Position numbers and translations under genes: made by a program
Shown: one piece after another, positions 61,368 to 64,000 of the stretch
How the letters are laid out: every line of letters starts with the position of its first letter
How positions within the stretch are numbered: the first letter of the stretch is position 1
The notes under the pieces: generated by a model
Seen by the model: only the letters and a program-made list of their open reading frames with translations
Databases searched by the model: none
Told to the model about the DNA's origin: nothing
Assembly: GCA_950097015.1 (NCBI GenBank)
Contig: CATNEN010000038.1
Coordinates: forward strand, 21,142,001 to 21,206,000
Source: Macrostomum hystrix
Taxonomy: Eukaryota > Animalia > Platyhelminthes
Length of the DNA stretch: 64,000 bases
Reading direction: 5' to 3'

Positions 61368-61893
61368 GAGATTTTTTGTCTTTAACAAAAGTTTTTGCAA
61401 ATTACGAAATTACGAGTACGTTACTGGTTAAAATTCTTAATTAGCTGTGTTAATTATTTTGAAATAAGGAGAAATTAGCAAAGCAAAACACTGTTAGCAG
61501 AATCTAAGAATTAACAGCGCCTAAAACTTTCCTACAGAAGTAAAAAAAGTTGATGTATGCTTGTCAATCAAATCTAGCATAAAAGAAACAATAGTCAGGA
61601 TATTTATCTATGAGTACATTCTTTTGACGTCATAAAGCATAATCAATAACGGCACCTAGCGGTAACTTAGAGTGAATTCAAAGCGGGTTCGTGAAAAGTA
61701 TTCAAGTAACGATTATTATCTGCTGAGCCAATTTAATAATGCGTTACTTCGGAAACAGGCATCTGGGTTAAATTACAGTGCGCAATCCATCGTCACTACA
61801 AGTTGCGTACTAGTTTAAACATTTCAGTGCGCTTTAAAGATGAATTAAAGGAAAGCAGTTCGCTACAAAAGATGAGCCTAGAAAGTTCAAAGT

Positions 61894-63771
61894 TCAATAG
61901 GCAGAACCACTGACTGCGATTCCATTTCCCAACGCACAAGCGATCGCCGAGAAGTGAGTCGCCATCCCGTTCTCTCGGTAGAACACGAGCATTTCGCTCA
62001 GGTTGCCGAAATACTTCGTGCCCTGGCCAAGTGAGTACTTGCCGTCCGTCATGACAATATTAATGTGTTTGATTTCGTCGTTATATTTAATTGACAATGC
62101 CTTGCCTCCAGAACTATTGTTCCTAAGAACAAATGTGCCGTTGGGTTTTCCTGCAAGTAGTTGCTTGAGTCTTTCTCGAGACACATTCCCGTGATCAAAG
62201 AATTCCGTCTGTTGCTCAACAAAATGCTTGAAGCAGTGCACGTGAAAACAGCATTCCCCGGTGCAGTGTGAGCAGCTGTAGCCTTGCATGAACGAGCCCA
62301 GAAGAATTTGCTCACACTTCGTGCAGCGAGTGTTCTCTGGAAACGTCTTGAGCTCGAATCGATGGTTCAGCGAGTTCCAGCCAGGTGGCTTGTTCAATTC
62401 AACGGCATTCTCGATCGTCTGCTTCCACTTCTCGAGCTCGTTGCCCCTCTTCATTCCATCAAGGACAATCCGATCGCCGTTTTCCCGAATGATTTCTAGA
62501 CTGGAAGGCTTCTCACACTTTTTCACCTCAAGAATGTTGACGATCGGAACGTTAAAGTTGAACGAGCTATGGGATTGCTTCTTTTGCAGTCTAGAGGCAA
62601 CGATCAGCTGCTTGGTGGTGAGGAGACAGGTGCACAACTTGGTCTCTGCCTTTTGATCATTCACAGTCCTCACCTTGAAGCAATCGTCAGCCTGGTGCAG
62701 TCCGATCTGTGCCGGGTCGCGAAGCTCGGTCGGTAGGTCGTCGATCTGACCGAGCACCGCCTTCGTCACCGCCAGCTGCTCTGCCTGTCGCTTGTACTCG
62801 TTGGCTCGATCGAGGAGCTCCGACATGCCAGCAACAGCCTCACCGATGAGAGCAGCAGCGTGGGGTATCTCCTTCGCGGCTGATTCCTGCAGCCGCTTGT
62901 AGAGCATGAGACAGCTCGTCATCTGTCTGATCGGAGAGTCGAACAAGGCACGGAATGTCAAACCGCATTGGCCATTGTTGAAGTGTCTCTCCAGTAAGCT
63001 AAGCTGAAGCTTCAGACCAGGTGCTTTCTTGAATTCCTCTTCCATTCTGGCGTTTGCAGTGGGCAGGTGCGAGAAGTACTGCTTGTAGATCTCCAGCTTC
63101 GGAGCCATCTCCCGGAACACTGTGCCCAGCTGCATGCAGAATCGTTCACACCCCTGATCGGCCAGACCTGCAAGCTTCGCATAGAACTCCTTGTGGACCA
63201 GGTAGAGCTGCTCAATGTGGCTAAACACGACGCACACAAAGTCCTCGCTCCACTCTGACAACAGTCCGAGAAGCTGCGCCCGGTAGAGCAGCAGTTTGGT
63301 GAGCTTGTCCACCAATGAGCTCTCGTGATCGCATATCTCCTTGATCACATTCTCCATGAGGCCACTGCCGACGCTCGTAGTCGACTGTCGTCTCGGCTCC
63401 TGAGAAGCAACGCCAGGTCGGCTGAGAAGCTTTTGGATTGTGCTGATGACCTTCTCCGCGTTGCTTATGTCAAGAAGCTCGTCTGGCTCAAACACCTCAT
63501 CTTCTTGCATGCCGAACTCTTCAAGGCACTGAGTTCGGAAGAACTCCAAGTTGTTTCTCGCCATGAAAGACGAGTTGATGGCAAAGTATGTACCTTCATC
63601 ATTTGAGATTCGACCGTTGCTGAGTTGTGAAAGCACTGTGCACAGGATCTCTCCATCGCTGAGAATCTGACAAAGCTCCTCTTCGCTAGAACAATCCGAT
63701 GCAAAGTCAGCGTCGGAGAGGAGCTTCTGAAGGCCTTTGATGCAGTCTTTTAGTGGCTTCGATCTATCCAT
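61894..63771 (-). CDS. Vav-like Rho GEF, copy 2 (CH-DH-PH-C1-SH2), intronless, 625 aa
   Basis: Nearly identical to copy 1 through the PH domain; distinct C1 (HRF..CTKC..GYSCSHC) and SH2 (GTFVLRN..HINI..FGNLSEMLVFY). Confidence 0.88.
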   Translation of the reverse strand: MDRSKPLKDCIKGLQKLLSDADFASDCSSEEELCQILSDGEILCTVLSQLSNGRISNDEGTYFAINSSFMARNNLEFFRTQCLEEFGMQEDEVFEPDELLDISNAEKVISTIQKLLSRPGVASQEPRRQSTTSVGSGLMENVIKEICDHESSLVDKLTKLLLYRAQLLGLLSEWSEDFVCVVFSHIEQLYLVHKEFYAKLAGLADQGCERFCMQLGTVFREMAPKLEIYKQYFSHLPTANARMEEEFKKAPGLKLQLSLLERHFNNGQCGLTFRALFDSPIRQMTSCLMLYKRLQESAAKEIPHAAALIGEAVAGMSELLDRANEYKRQAEQLAVTKAVLGQIDDLPTELRDPAQIGLHQADDCFKVRTVNDQKAETKLCTCLLTTKQLIVASRLQKKQSHSSFNFNVPIVNILEVKKCEKPSSLEIIRENGDRIVLDGMKRGNELEKWKQTIENAVELNKPPGWNSLNHRFELKTFPENTRCTKCEQILLGSFMQGYSCSHCTGECCFHVHCFKHFVEQQTEFFDHGNVSRERLKQLLAGKPNGTFVLRNNSSGGKALSIKYNDEIKHINIVMTDGKYSLGQGTKYFGNLSEMLVFYRENGMATHFSAIACALGNGIAVSGSAY

Positions 63772-64000
63772 TTTCCCGAATGAATATCGTGCTGCAGTTA
63801 TTTTAGATTGGATTCTTAAGCTACTAGGTTTTGGGTTGCTTAACTTCTTGACAAGTTCTTTCTCTTTTCTTTATCGTTTTCTAGAGACACTGGACTCAGA
63901 TGCACACCGTCGGCCTCCTTCTCATCAACTTGATTGGCGCCACTTTATTCTCGCCTATTTCTCTCTCTGTCTATCTCTCTCTTTCTCTCCTTCGCGGCTT

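Overview
Eukaryotic, intron-containing, very satellite-rich genomic DNA. The EF-hand/dynein-light-chain (TAL) gene and the repeat landscape suggest a flatworm, possibly Macrostomum-like; this is inference. Host genes rebuilt by hand from GT-AG sites and reading-frame phase: the last two exons of SECIS-binding protein 2, a 13-exon MATE/SLC47 transporter, a frameshifted EGR-like zinc-finger pseudogene, a 2-exon NPY/NPF-type GPCR, a 3-exon EF-hand plus dynein light chain protein, a 4-exon divergent CK1-like kinase, and two intronless tandem Vav-like genes. Mobile DNA: a complete young Ty3/Gypsy LTR retrotransposon (40176-48916, minus strand, apparently identical 456-bp LTRs, GAGT target-site duplication), three fragments of an RNase H-bearing LINE, two tRNA-derived SINE families, a hAT-type MITE, a foldback-like element, a mariner remnant and many minisatellites. 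The standout observation is a CSDE1/UNR-like cold-shock RNA-binding domain embedded in frame in the Gypsy Gag-Pol, between the CCHC knuckle and the protease. All calls are by eye; no database searches were run.
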